This document shows positions 12,976 to 25,887 of a stretch of 64,000 nt of DNA, piece after piece (within the stretch, counting starts at the first letter, position 1; each line of letters begins with the position of its first letter). Below the pieces are notes generated by a model. It searched no databases. It had not been told where the DNA came from and saw only the letters and a program-made list of their open reading frames with translations. This DNA is from Harriotta raleighana (taxonomy: Eukaryota), in the NCBI GenBank assembly GCA_050575255.1, contig JBNZDD010013718.1, positions 8,683,677-8,747,676 on the forward strand, written 5' to 3'. The translations under genes were made by a program, and so were the position numbers.

Positions 12976-14750
12976 GTGGCTTATAGGCAGCAAAGGCAGC
13001 ATCCATTACCTCATGAATAACCTTAATCACTTGAATATGTGCATAAAAAATTAATAATGCCATTATACGACTGTGTGTTACTATGAGAACATGAGCAGGA
13101 AGTCAAATTAAATATTGCTGCACGTTTTTGCTGTGCTCGCTGGTTCCTGCTGTATTTAAAGAGAAAATATTAATTCTGCTTCCCTAGTCAGTATGAATTG
13201 TCAAAAGTAGTAAATGTTTTGTTTAGAATATTAAAAGAAATCGCCATGCGCCGGGCAACAAGGAAGTCTGTCGACTAACCAGACATGGAAATTAATCACC
13301 CTATGAAACGTCATCAGCATTTTCTTTAAACTTCAAACCACACCACTTTCACATTTATTCACTGCTGCAGCAGGGTCAATAGGAGGGCAGATGCTTTCAG
13401 CAAGTTTCATACGCTCTTCTGAAATAGTTTTTTTTAAAGGAAAGAAAAACACTGCAAAACAAAACTGCTAAATAGCGAAAAGTGAGTTGAAGGCTGGTGG
13501 TCAAACCTCTGGGTGTTGACTGTGATATATGTATACCGTTCGCTGTCCCTTAGAAATTTTCAATTGTCCCAACCATGAAGCAGCCATCACCTCTTGCGGT
13601 AGAAGAAAAAACCTCACCTCATAACCCAGCTCAATTGTTGCTGTGTGTTTCACATCAGTTCAGTTGGTGCCTGAGAACATCACTGAAAACAAAAACATTC
13701 ATACTTTCCAAACATGTATGGAACACCACACATGTTTCACGAGCACCTGGCAAGTGAACGGACCCAGTGCAGGATTGTCAGCTCGTCAAATTTAGTTATA
13801 CATCCACATCAAATGTCACTGATCAACTTGAACTGCAATTTGTACCAAATAAAGTGATACAACTATAAGTTTTTTTTAAAAAAAGGATTCAGTTACTCAA
13901 AGCTTTCAACTATCATGAAGCATTCAAGGGGCTCCTAAAGCCTGAATTAATCTCACATGACACCTTGACTGTACACAAAACCAATATTGGAATCGTCCAA
14001 GCAGTTGTGTTAAGTTTTTGGTAAGGAGCTCACTGGAGGAAATGCGTTACATTGTGTTTTTTTTACTGTGGGTAAGTTGTGCTACTCAATCTCTAAGAGC
14101 ACACATTGGGGGTGGGGTTGGGGGCGATAAATGGTGATCCATATCTGTGAGATAACTCCAGTCACACTCAAATCAACATGTATTGGCAGCACTTGTACAA
14201 AAACACATATTAAAACAAGTTTCAGCAACTAAATGCAAAACGTTCAGTATATTTTTCAGTTATTGCTCTTGGAAAGTTTTGATGGCCACTCCAGTATGAT
14301 ATAATTCTTTCTCTCGTCCCACACAAGCCACAGTTTGCCTGATCACCGTGTGCAAAATGGAAAGATATTCCACTGTCCCAACACTTTCACCCTCACTTGA
14401 TTCAGTTCACAGGCACCAACCCGATGCAACATTGAGTTGCTAATCTCACCTTAATTTGCTTACAAGTCTTTCATACTTAATTTGAATGGTTCACCTTATT
14501 ATAGACACACATCACACTTTCATATTTTGCTTTGTTTGGTTATTTTTTGTAGAATATAATTAGAAAAGAAATAGGTTAAAATATTCTGATACAGTAGTTC
14601 TTTCAATCTCAAGGTTTAAACTCATCTCAGATTTGCACAAAACCATCATTAAATAATTATGTAAAACTTACAAAGTATATTGGATAAATAAATAGTTTTC
14701 TGTTCACAGGTAAGGGCATAAGAAACTTGCAAATTACAGATACACCTACG

Positions 14751-14792
14751 TATTCCAATACCAATGTATTCCAATACCAATATATTCCAATA
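14751..14792. repeat. 16-bp tandem repeat TATTCCAATACCAATG, about 2.6 copies, in the PPIP5K1 3' UTR
   Basis: Directly visible in the sequence. Confidence 0.85.
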
Positions 14793-15018
14793 TCAGACTG
14801 AAATAAACCACGAGGTCAGAGATATAAGTTCACAGCCATACTCGATTAGATCTAATCTGGAGAGTGCAAATGGCTTACTTCAGTGTCAGTCATTTCAGTG
14901 GTACCAATACCAGATCTATACCACTGGATACTAAATATAAAATACACCCCAATGCTCTCTCTATTGATTCATTACAACCGGAGGTGCGTAACTGAAAAAT
15001 GATCTGCTTATGTGAGCG

Positions 15019-15068
15019 CCTCCCGACATGAAAGGCGCTCTATAAATGTAATTTTGTTGTTGTTGTTG
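15019..15068 (+). mobile_element. 50-bp L2 3' tail inserted antisense in the PPIP5K1 last exon
   Basis: CCTCCCGACATGAAAGGCGCTCTATAAATGTAATTTTGTTGTTGTTGTTG, nearly identical to the L2 tails at about 38621-38665 and 54495-54545. Confidence 0.9.
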
Positions 15069-15692
15069 CTAGATCTCCACTAGGGCTTTCACTACTTATT
15101 AAACCTATCTGACCCTGTGGATCCTTACAAGTCTGGTCGAGTTGTTGATCTTGTGTAACTTGTTGCGTCTTGCTGTCATTAAGGCCTTGTGTTGGTTGAC
15201 TGTGGCTCAGGTGTTGGCTTTCAGTGGACTGTTGCTCCTGGCTGAGTCGATCACCTTGCTGATCTTTGTCACTCTGACTCGGAGCTACTGGTTGGCTCAG
15301 GCTGCCCTGCATACCATGTGATGGTTGGCTCTGGCTCAGAGTTACTGTATGTCTCCGGTTCTCCTGAGTATCAAGTGTTGGTTGGCTCAGGTTAGAAGTT
15401 ACTGCTTGCCCCTGGATGACCTGAGCACGGTGTTTAGGTTGGTTCAGGCTTGGAGTTACTGGTTGGCTCTGGATTCCTTGTGTGGTTTGGCTCTGGCTGC
15501 CCTGGATACTTGTTATTGATTGACTCATCTGTAGACTTGGAGTAATTTGCTGTCCACAACAGTGCTGCTGTTCTTCACTACTCTGCGATGTAAGTGATGA
15601 CTTCTCACTGAAGCTAAATCTCGGGGAATTATCAGACGTGTTGGGAGATGATGGGCCAGCACTTGACACGGTGCTTGAGGGACCACTGCTAT
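15040..15692 (-). CDS. PPIP5K1: PPIP5K1 terminal coding exon: YSSGPSSTVSSAGPSSP...Q/S-rich tail...GDLATTTTKLHL*
   Basis: atacag|AT AGC AGT GGT; open to TAG at 15040-15042 (ORF 15040..15669). Confidence 0.9.
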
Positions 15693-16265
15693 CTGTATTT
15701 TAGGATTCAAGAGATATAAATAAGTGAAAAGCAAATAGAGAAGGAAAGAACTAGTAAAAGCTACAATATTGCATCTGTCCATGTCCTGAAGTATCTATAC
15801 CTTAAACACAATTACTTTTTTTTGTAATTTTTGGACAGAAAATGCTTTGTTGATGATTTGCCCAATGCCCAATGTGCCTTAAACTCAAGATACAATACAA
15901 ATTACAAGATCAATGTGCCTACTTATCCAATACTGCCCTGAAATCAAATAAAGATGACTTTTCCATCGCATTTTAATGCTCTATCACAATATTCCACCTA
16001 AAATATGCCAAATTTTTCATTTAAAATAGTTTCCATACAAAGATGGCATTATACAAAGGGGACACAAATCTCAAATCTAATATTTTAGACATTTTAGTCA
16101 TCTCTTTGGGTACTGATGTCCCGATTCCCAATCCAGCCTTTTTGTATAATGAGTTCCAATTCCCCTATCCCCAAATCCAATTTTGATGTCCACACATTTG
16201 GTAGATGAAACCTGCAAGGACAGAATGATTTACACCAAAAGTGATTTTTAAAAAAGGTTACTCAC

Positions 16266-16394
16266 ACCATGCAGGTTTATCAGAACGAGGACGCAATGAC
16301 AAGGAGGCAACCGATGAGGACAGGACTTGCTGAGGTATGTAGGCATCAACCACAGGCTGGCTGCTTCCCATGGTCTCAAACATAGATGAAAGTG
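16266..16394 (-). CDS. PPIP5K1: PPIP5K1 exon, 129 nt: ALSSMFETMGSSQPVVDAYIPQQVLSSSVASLSLRPRSDKPAW
   Basis: ctacag|CA...T|gtgagt; phase 1-1. Confidence 0.9.
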
Positions 16395-16715
16395 CTGTAG
16401 GGTAAAGCAGTGCAGGCTCCATCAACAACAACAACAACATGGATTTATATGCCGCACGCCGTCTCAGAGTGCTTTAAACCATCAATATGAATAAAATGCA
16501 GAAATCAAACAACTATTCATCAACTGAAGCCCACTATGTAAGATAGCAGATGCCTGGCAGTATGATACAAAGGCAGGACAGTGATTCAAATCATTGGATC
16601 TTAGTCCAAGCAAACACCTGGACATTGTTCTGAAGACATTTGGATGGGTGAAGCTTCACAGTGATATCGATTGAGAAGCACAAACAGAGATCACAAGTAA
16701 AACTGCATCATTTAC

Positions 16716-16853
16716 CTGTTGAAGATCCAGTGCGATTCATGCTACAAATTTTTGAAATGGACGAGAGAAATTCATCCACCTGCTTCAAGGAGAGAGAATT
16801 GTGGAGTGTTTCCAGAGGATAGATGGAAGGCACCATGGAGCATCCCTCAAAAC
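16716..16853 (-). CDS. PPIP5K1: PPIP5K1 exon, 138 nt: [46 protein letters not shown]
   Basis: atttag|GT...G|gtaaat; phase 1-1. Confidence 0.94.
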
Positions 16854-19800
16854 CTAAATAAAGAAGGATAAAGAAAGATGACACCCAAAATGAACTAATT
16901 GCACAAAATATAATAGCCATCCAACCCTTCAGAGCTCTAATGGTTGAAACTAAAATCTATATTTTTAACCCAATTTTATAATTCTTTGATAAGACAAAGG
17001 CAGTCAATGAGCCAAACCAAAATGAGCCAGGCAAATGCAGCACATTACCTGTTGCGAGAGCCTGAATACAAAGCTGCACGTATCACACCACCATAAGCAC
17101 ACTTCAAGAACATACCTACATTTAACAGTAGAAACAAACTTCTGAAACATCGTTTAGAAGGAGCATACACTTACAACCTTTGCTATCATTGACATGAGTT
17201 AACAATGGGAAAACACACTTCCCTGCTATGGACAAGTGGACTCTAACAATAGTAATTGTTGTCAGTATAGAAAACACTGTAATAATAATCCTTACATTTG
17301 GTATAGCACCTTATCACGTCTTTGAGACGTCGCAAAGCGCTTCACAGAATATGCTGCAAAGTGAATTGATTGTATATTTGTATGGGTAATTACACCAAAT
17401 TATGTTTCTCCTTTAAGGGTTAGATGATCTTTTTGTGATAGCTCTGAATATCTCGAACATCTTGAATATCAAATTTGTCAAGAAAAAAGTTAAACCAGTC
17501 TATAGGGAAACTCATTGGATAAGACATGAGCTAAATTTAAAATATAGTATGGGTCCATGAAGCCAGTTTATTGCAAGCTATGTAGTTTTATTACAAATCA
17601 TCACTGGTTACTTATGGGTTGCAAATTAAAAGAATGTAGGCGTTTGGTTAAAAACCTACAAAGAGGAGAAAAATCAGAGAAATTATCCGCTGCAGTGGCG
17701 TAGAGACTATGACCAAATCCATCCATCAAGATTTTATGGTTCTGTTCATTTAAATCTAACTCATCTGAGGTGCAGCCATGGATATTGCTAATTTTGTGCT
17801 TTAAGAAACCCCAAATTACATCAATCCTTCTCTTCCCTTTTTCTCTTGATCATTAGTTTGGTTGGAGAGGTTTCCAAAAGATAATCTGATTAAACTGATC
17901 AAAGCAAATGTGCTAATTGTTGCAATTAACACTGTTCACCGACAGGTCAGCAACATATTCTCTGCAGTTGAATCGTGTGAATTTATTTCAAATTGCACTG
18001 CCATTTGTAACCTTTCAGAAATTACAATTATAAATTACAAAGCTACTTAAAGAACTGTATGTTGCTATGTATAGTCATCTGCTTTCTTATTAATCTAAGC
18101 AGCAAGAAAAAGTGAGCAACACTAACTTTTCTATCAGTGCGTGTGGGTGTGCGGGGGGGTGGGGGGGAAGTGGGAAAGGGTAAGGGGGGAAAAACCAAAG
18201 TAACAGATTCCAGTATATTGAAATCCGAGAGTTTAACAGCAAAGGAGGTGGCTATTTAGCTCATCATGTCACCACCAACTCTCTGAAAGAGTAGCTGTTT
18301 ACTTCCACTTTCCTGCCTTTCTCCAAAACCTTATACATTTTCTTTTCAAATATTTGTCTAAATTTATTTTAAAAACTATACATGATATCACAGATTATAC
18401 ATTGCACATGATTATTACCAACCTATTGAATCGGTAAATGGATATTAAGCTATGATCGAGGATACGATTTATTGTCACTATTCAGATGTGCCATTATGGT
18501 TACTGCCTTTTGTGACAGAAAATTTGCAGTGTACTTTCACCAGTTTGGGTGAGGAGCTTTGGGAAAAATATGGATCTAGACCATTAAAGTGATTAATGGC
18601 TAGAAGTCAGTTTGACAGAAAGGAAGGAAACATCGGCAGATTGATTGAACAGCTGTGAGCACAAATGTCCAATTATGTGATTAGTGCACAAGGTAATCCT
18701 ATAGGACTATTCATAATTAAAACTCTTGAATAATTGGCAGATTTTATAAACCAATAACTCTTGTTATGGTAAAGGTCTGTTATCAATTTATGGAGACAAT
18801 CAAAGGACTTTAAAATCAGAGGGTCATCCCATTAAATTTGGGTGTTTCAACCCATTCAATTCCCTCAAGCAAAAAAAAAAGTGCCTTATTCATTTTTGGC
18901 AGCTGTCCAGATATTGGGAGACATACCTGATACTTTTCTGGTACTAGATGCTTCTACTAATGCAGTTTTTTATGCAGTAGTAGGTCTAAAATTTCAAAAC
19001 CTCAGAACTAATGGATTTTCAGACGAGAGCCCCATTCCCCTCACTGGAGGTGAAGATTTGGGAGTTGAGTACAATCTATCTAAAACGCGGCATCAGGTGA
19101 TTTAACTCCAGGAGGAAGGTCAGAATGGGACATTAACCACAAATCAGAACAGATGGTTGGGATGATGCTTTGAGAAAGTGTTACAGGCTTATGGGAATAC
19201 GAACAGTAATCTTGTTGTATTAGAGCCACACAATTTATTTGTAGGCCACTGTGCTAAAGAATTCTAGAGGCATTCCCAGGTCAGCAACATCCTGGTCTCC
19301 TTTGGACCATCAGGGAAACCTAGCAGTTGCTCAGCCACGAAGGAAGAAGCAGAAGGCAAATCTGTCCTTTCTACCCACTAATTAGAGTGACACTGGGACA
19401 GCCACTTTCAAACAGAGTGACAAAGTGTCACCACTGGAGTGTGTATCTTCCATTACAGGTAATGAAAGATTGTCGCAATGATTGCTTGCTTTTTTTCCCC
19501 CCCCCTTCAAAAAAAGCACCTTACACACCACTACTGTGTCAGTCTTGCTTTATACCAGTTGCCAGCGTGAGGCCCACTTTTTCTTTAGAATGACTTGCAG
19601 ACATTCAAAATGGTGTCAGGTTCTACCAGAGTCTAATTACCATATTGCACATTAAGTTATTCAGTCGACAAGTACAGCACTTAACATTTTGTAAATCTCC
19701 AGATTCTATCAGAGTAAATACTTGAAAAGTGTCTGAAAAAGCAGCTTTGACAAGAGGTATAAAGCACTGTCCAGACATATTGTCCCAAAAGTCCTGGTGT

Positions 19801-22800
19801 AACGCACACGATAGCAGCAAGTGCGGATTGCGCCCTGGGAAGCTCATCAGGAAGAAAAGCAAGCTTGGGAGTGTATTGCAAAGCTGTAATAATAATAATC
19901 CTTGCATTTGATATTGCACCTAATCACGTCTGCGAGACGTCTCAAAGTGCTTCACATAATATACTGTTAAATGAATTGACTGTATATTTTGTGAGTGAAA
20001 GACAGCAGCCAACCATAGTGCAATTGAGTTCACATAAAGTTTCATAAAACCATGTGAAATATATTTTGAAATTGCTGTGTTTGCCAATACACTACTGCAC
20101 ATTAGCGGACATAGCAATTTAAAAATAACACAGAAAGCAAATATTGAAGTTTCCAAGACTGGGGAACCAAAAGGAGACCCGACATATTGAGATTCCAACC
20201 ATGCCAGCCTGCCTCCCAGTGACAGGAATGTGTTTAATAGCAAATGTAGACACAATCAGTAATTGCCCAATATTTTCCCTTCCACTTGTTGCATCATTCC
20301 ACATCCGACCACTCGTAGATGTTGATAGGAAAATGGCTAGACATCTTTGGAATGTAATGGAGCACAATATGTAGCACAATTATATGTACTGCATCAGAGT
20401 TTCAGATTCGGATATGGTTTTAATTGAACAACTTGTTTAGTTTCATAGCAGGAATAAGGACTAGTCTGACCTTCATTTCTCTACAAATAATATCACCAAA
20501 TTCTACATCCAATGTGATGGCTTGGGAAGTCACATTCTCAGGCAGTTTTTTTTTCAACTTTAGAACTGGATTAATTTCATTGAATCAAAAGAAAAATGTG
20601 GCTACATCAGGTTGCCTTTGCATGTAATTAGATCCATTGTAGCAAAACTTATTCAATCTCCCATTCTAGTTTTATCTTCGCACTGTTTCTAGTATTTTTC
20701 CATCAGGGATTCAATACTAAAGACTGAAATAAAAATATTTTATTTAGGCAGTCATACATCAATAGGAAAGCTTCACACTTGTATGAAGCACTGTAGGGCA
20801 TGTTCAGAAAGTACACTACTCACCTCTTGGTGCACGCAGCCTTTCTCACTCTCCGAAATACGTATTCCTTCACATACACATAGGTAAGAGACGGGCGATC
20901 CTTCAGGTGAAAATCACTAGGGATACTCGTCCTTTGAAAGGTTTTCACTCCACACCACCAGTTTGCCTCCCCATGGCCCATAAGTAGTATACTCACCTCG
21001 TACATGGTTAATCACTTGTTGCCAGAAAGGCCAGATAATAAACATGGGGAAATACAGAAGGAATTCACGGTTTCATTTTACCTTTTAAAAAAAAAATACT
21101 TTTAACAATTTGAATTCATCTACCTTCTAATAATTGTGGCCGAGCAACATACAAGAACATTTTCTTTTTTTAAAAAAAACGGAACAGTGTCAAGTGAGAA
21201 GGAAGGCAAGCCACGTAGGTGGAAGATATATCAGAAATTCTTCTAAGTAACTACATAACATATGGAGTGAATCTTCAGATACCGTGGGAAATTCCTCTCA
21301 AACAGCAGTTTGAGGTTTAGAAGGAGGCAGAATTTTCCCACATAATAATGGATGGGTGGAACGTATTCCATCCAAAACACGTGTTAATTAACTCTAAAAA
21401 AATCGGAATGATTTAACTGGCTGGGAGATTTTAGAGATTACTACAGGTTGAAATAGTCCATGGGATACAATTATCTCACTGCCTATGAAGCATGAGGAAC
21501 ATTGTGGTGTTTGTTTGCCTGTGGAGAATGGGAAGTATCTAAGCTATTTGCCAGCATAAAGTGCATATGGTGGTATATGAAGCGGACAATAGGGTTTGCC
21601 TGGAATGATCTTTTTTTATCCCATGGTTTCTGATGTTTAAGGTATGTTGCCAGAGGGATCGATGTTCTCCTCCAACACAACTAATTCCAAAGAACTAAAT
21701 AAACGTATCTCGCGAGTGCCAAATTCTTAATATTTTTTGAAGCCAGTTGAATGTCCCTAAATCATTGTGGTGAGGAAAAGGAGAATGGAACACACATTCT
21801 GCTAAACAATGTTTGCTGCTGAATAACTCAGTCAAAGATGCTTCCAGCTGGCGCTCATTGGTTTACATATAAGTTCCATCGGTTTATTGTAATATAATAG
21901 TCATGAAATTCACTGCTAACCCTTGATAAAAATGATAGGAAGTGTGAAAAAAGCATACCAAGGTTATCACTTGGACCAAGACATTGCCCAGAAAGATATT
22001 GTTCTACAATATGAATGATGTAACATTATATATGCACTTACACTTTATTGCACTAGTCAAAATTTATGGTATCATATGCCTGATTGTAACCTAAGAAGGC
22101 GATGCAATTGGATAAATGACCAACTTTAAAATAACATTAGAAACAATGGAGCTAAATATCATCGCAATTATTTGGCAGAATAAGTATATTATGTACAGGA
22201 TATCTTCAGGTCATATTTCAACAAGACTAAAAATATATATTTCAGGTAAGATACACCAATGACAAGGTCGAACAAAATACAAACAACAACTATACATTGC
22301 AAAGCATTTATACTCCACAATCCATATAAACTGGGCTAAGCTCACATCAATGCAAACTCCAATGCACGATAAGTCTGCTACAACATTTCGCAATGTGACA
22401 CATGCAATCCCAAAGCCACTACTGAGGCAATCGTCCGAATCAATAGAAAAGTAATGGCAACAAAACCAGAGCAAAAAACACACACACACACACACATACA
22501 CACTGGTATATTACAAACTACAAATCCACCAGCATTCCACATGCAACACTGCCTCTCAGCAGGAGAGCGCTTTATGCAAGGTTTCAGGCATCAAATAAAA
22601 ATGTACAACAAGCCAATCAGCAATGGAGAGAGAAAGAGGGCTCAACAGTTCAGAAGTGAATCATCTCGATTTCCCGAGACATTAACTTGGCTTTCTCTCT
22701 TTGAGAAGCTGACTGACCTGTTGTGCTCGCTTTTCAAACTCAGGCATTTTGTGCGGTTGTTGTAAATTCTACATGAACATTTTTTAGTTTTCTGTCTAAA

Positions 22801-24189
22801 CAACAGCTAAACTCGTTCAGTAATGTGCAATGATTCAAATTTTAAATTGATGTTTCTCTCGCTTGCAAGTCAATACCAGTGTAACCCAGCCCAGCTCATA
22901 AGCTACTATTGTTGATAGCTAATAAGGGACTAAGTACACACATTCTTAATGTTTCCAGAGAGCACAAAGCATAGAGAAAATCATCAACTTGTGATGCTCA
23001 TGGACATTAACAAAAAGACAACTATTTATTTTCTTTCATCAGCTGCAAAGGACTTTATTTTTGGCACCTTTTGTATATTTTATGCAGTTCTTCGACAGCC
23101 TGTTCTTATATCAAACGAAGAGACGGGAGTGATCAACTGGTTCAGTCTTTTACAAGCAGAATATTATGTTGGTCAATTTTGGAAATGTTAGGGAAATAGA
23201 CTGGTTTCTTAATAACTGCAGTATCAGACATTGATTAAAATAAATAAGCTTTCATTCATTTTTATTTCTGGAAAGAGGAATTCCGCTTCAAAGCTACAGA
23301 AAACATCAAATTACCATTACCAAGTTAGCAGCTTTAGAAACTGATCTGTAATTAGCAAAATGAACAAAACAATTCCTGAATCAGCATAGACCCACACTAG
23401 GGTGAATAATTCAACCCTGGCTAAAGAAGGATCTTCAATATAACCATTTCACAGGTCCTGCATTTGGTTCTGTGATCTGTGAATTACTACTGCATGCTGA
23501 GGAACAAAGGACCACTCCCCTCTATTTATCCAATTTCTAAACAGATCATTTAGAAAATCAGACATTGTGTGACAGACTACCATGCAATACAGCTTTTGAG
23601 AGAAACAGATTATCAATAAACGTTAAATTTTGCATCTAAAATACAATATTTAAAGTTTTAATACTAGTCAACAACATGGAATTAATTTCTAGGCATAGTT
23701 AATACTGATAAATATTATGGGGAATGTTGCAAATCACTAACTCAGGACAAATGATAGAAGTTTACAATAAAATTGTCAGCGTAGTGTCTCATATTTATTA
23801 AACTTGGATGAATGAATAAGCCATGCTGCTTTGCTCCCATTTCGTGCTGGTTATGCTAGATTTTTTGGCATTCATACAGCCAGTTTACTCAGGAAACTTC
23901 AACAGATAAACCATGGTTGCCTTGGAGCTCATACACCAGCTACAGAGTTCAAAATTAAATGACTGGGTAAGAGCCAATTTCTGGCGATTACACTTCATTT
24001 ATTTCCTAACCTGTGATCACTCTCCTTTTCACACAATGGTCGGCCAAACTGAGTGCACTAATACCAACACTGCACTAATATTAATAAAACTATACAAAAC
24101 ATCCAATATCTTTGTGAAGATCAGGCAGTAACAAAGCTACACTTCACAACACATTCAACAAGGTGACGAGGGATCCAAGAGAATTACAA

Positions 24190-24450
24190 AAAGATTTAAA
24201 AGGAATGTTAGGAGAAAGTGCCTTCACACAGTGGGTGGTTGGAATGTAGTATTTATTCTCTGCCACAAACTGTAGAGGCAAAGCCCAGACAGTTTAAAAG
24301 AGAATTAGACAGATGCTCGAATAGAGGAATATTAAAGGGTTATGGGAAGCAACCAGGAGAGTAGGATTAGATTAGTTGGTTCATGTGGCGAAAACCAGAG
24401 ATTTAATGGGCTGAATCACCATTTATTTGCTGTGACATTCTATGATTTTA
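24190..24450 (+). mobile_element. Degenerate CR1-clade LINE 3' end
   Basis: GGAGAAAGTGCCTTCACACAGTGGGTGGTTGGAATG...TTTAAAAGAGAATTAGACAG...GGTTATGGG, the typical CR1 FFTQRVV..WN / FK..LD remnant. Confidence 0.65.
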
Positions 24451-25707
24451 TGCAACTACCTCTCAGTAGGTGTAGAGATCATAAATAAGTCATGCGACTG
24501 GAACTAAGGTGCTCTTTAGTCTGCTGTAAACAAATTATGATAGAAACATGCAGTTGAAAGAGGCTGCTAGCTAACTGGGAAGCAGAGACACTCAGGAGAG
24601 AATATCTGTGTGGTACCTTCATTTCAAGCTATACAACCCCTTTTCATATTAACAGAACAGAAACGTTTTACTTAAAAAAAACACAAGCTACCCCATCAGA
24701 GCATGGAGTCAGAGCATGGATAACCAAGACTTTTTTATTTGGGGCTTTTATTTTAAATAAATAGTCCCTGATCTTCACATTTCACTATTGCAATGTTACA
24801 ATTGCAAGGATGGCGTAAAGCCAACTCGGATATAAATACAAAAGCGATTGCTTTGCTTCATTCTAAGAAACATTTAATACCTTAAAAAAATCAAAATGGA
24901 TTGAAAGCAATATTTCCTAACTTTGATGAGCTCTATTGATTTAAAGTTAAAGTTTGGATACTGTATTTTTATGACATTGCCTTCCTTTTTAAATGTGATC
25001 TAGTGTACTTGCCTGCTGGTCACAAAATCACTGGCAAAACAATCCTCGATATCTGCCAACGTTTAATTTCGATCACTGTAGCGCAAAGCCTGCTGAAAAA
25101 AAGCCAGGCACAAACAATAAGAGCATTTCAACTCTTACTCTAAACACTGCCAAGAATGAGCTGCAAGACTCCTGCCTCCAGACACCTCTGAGTAGCTTGC
25201 ACCCAGCAGAAGAGAGGAAACGTCAGCATCAATATTCTTGGACAGACAATGGCACACGATTTTACAAGCTAAAAATCAGACTTAAAAAACATCAGTAGGT
25301 AAGTAAAAGCATTGGATCTGTGCCTAGAAATGATGATAGTCAGGTGGGTTCTCACATAGTTCAATTTCTACATTTTATAGCCTTATTAATGTTCAATGAA
25401 TATTTCTATAGTGTGCAGAAATGTGAAATTACAGTACTCAATATTGCAGATCTTGCATGATATATAGTCTGATTTTTAACCTGCAAAATTATCTATTTTA
25501 GCGGAAAACATTTTATATCCAGGCTTCAAACGCAGTCAGCAATTCTGCCTCTGTGGGGACAGCAGTGGCTGCAGGCTCCTAACAGTGTATATGGAGGCAA
25601 AAACAAATCTGTGTTTGGCAAAGCTCAGTGGTACATCTACATTTCCAAGCTGCAATGGCCTGAGAAATTCATTCAAAGCCAACCGTGCAGCAACAAGCAC
25701 CCGATAC

Positions 25708-25887
25708 CGTAGAGGCAGTCAAAGTCATCCTGCCCAGAGATCAGCCAGTTCTTGAAGAGGCGGAGGTGGTACGAGCACTGGTGGAGGTGCCGGGCCAAGG
25801 CACCGTCAAGGGCAAAGTTCTGGGCAAAACTGTTGTCGGCTGAACACCATCTTAGCAACTGGGCCACGTGATGATCACCAAGCAGGT
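25708..25887 (-). CDS. PPIP5K1: Probable cassette exon, 180 nt: DLLGDHHVAQLLRWCSADNSFAQNFALDGALARHLHQCSYHLRLFKNWLISGQDDFDCLY
   Basis: ccccag|AC...G|gtatcg; phase 1-1, no stop, GC-rich island in an AT-rich intron; HLHQCSYHLRLF.NWL.SGQDD motif recalled from vertebrate PPIP5K1 isoforms. Confidence 0.8.
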
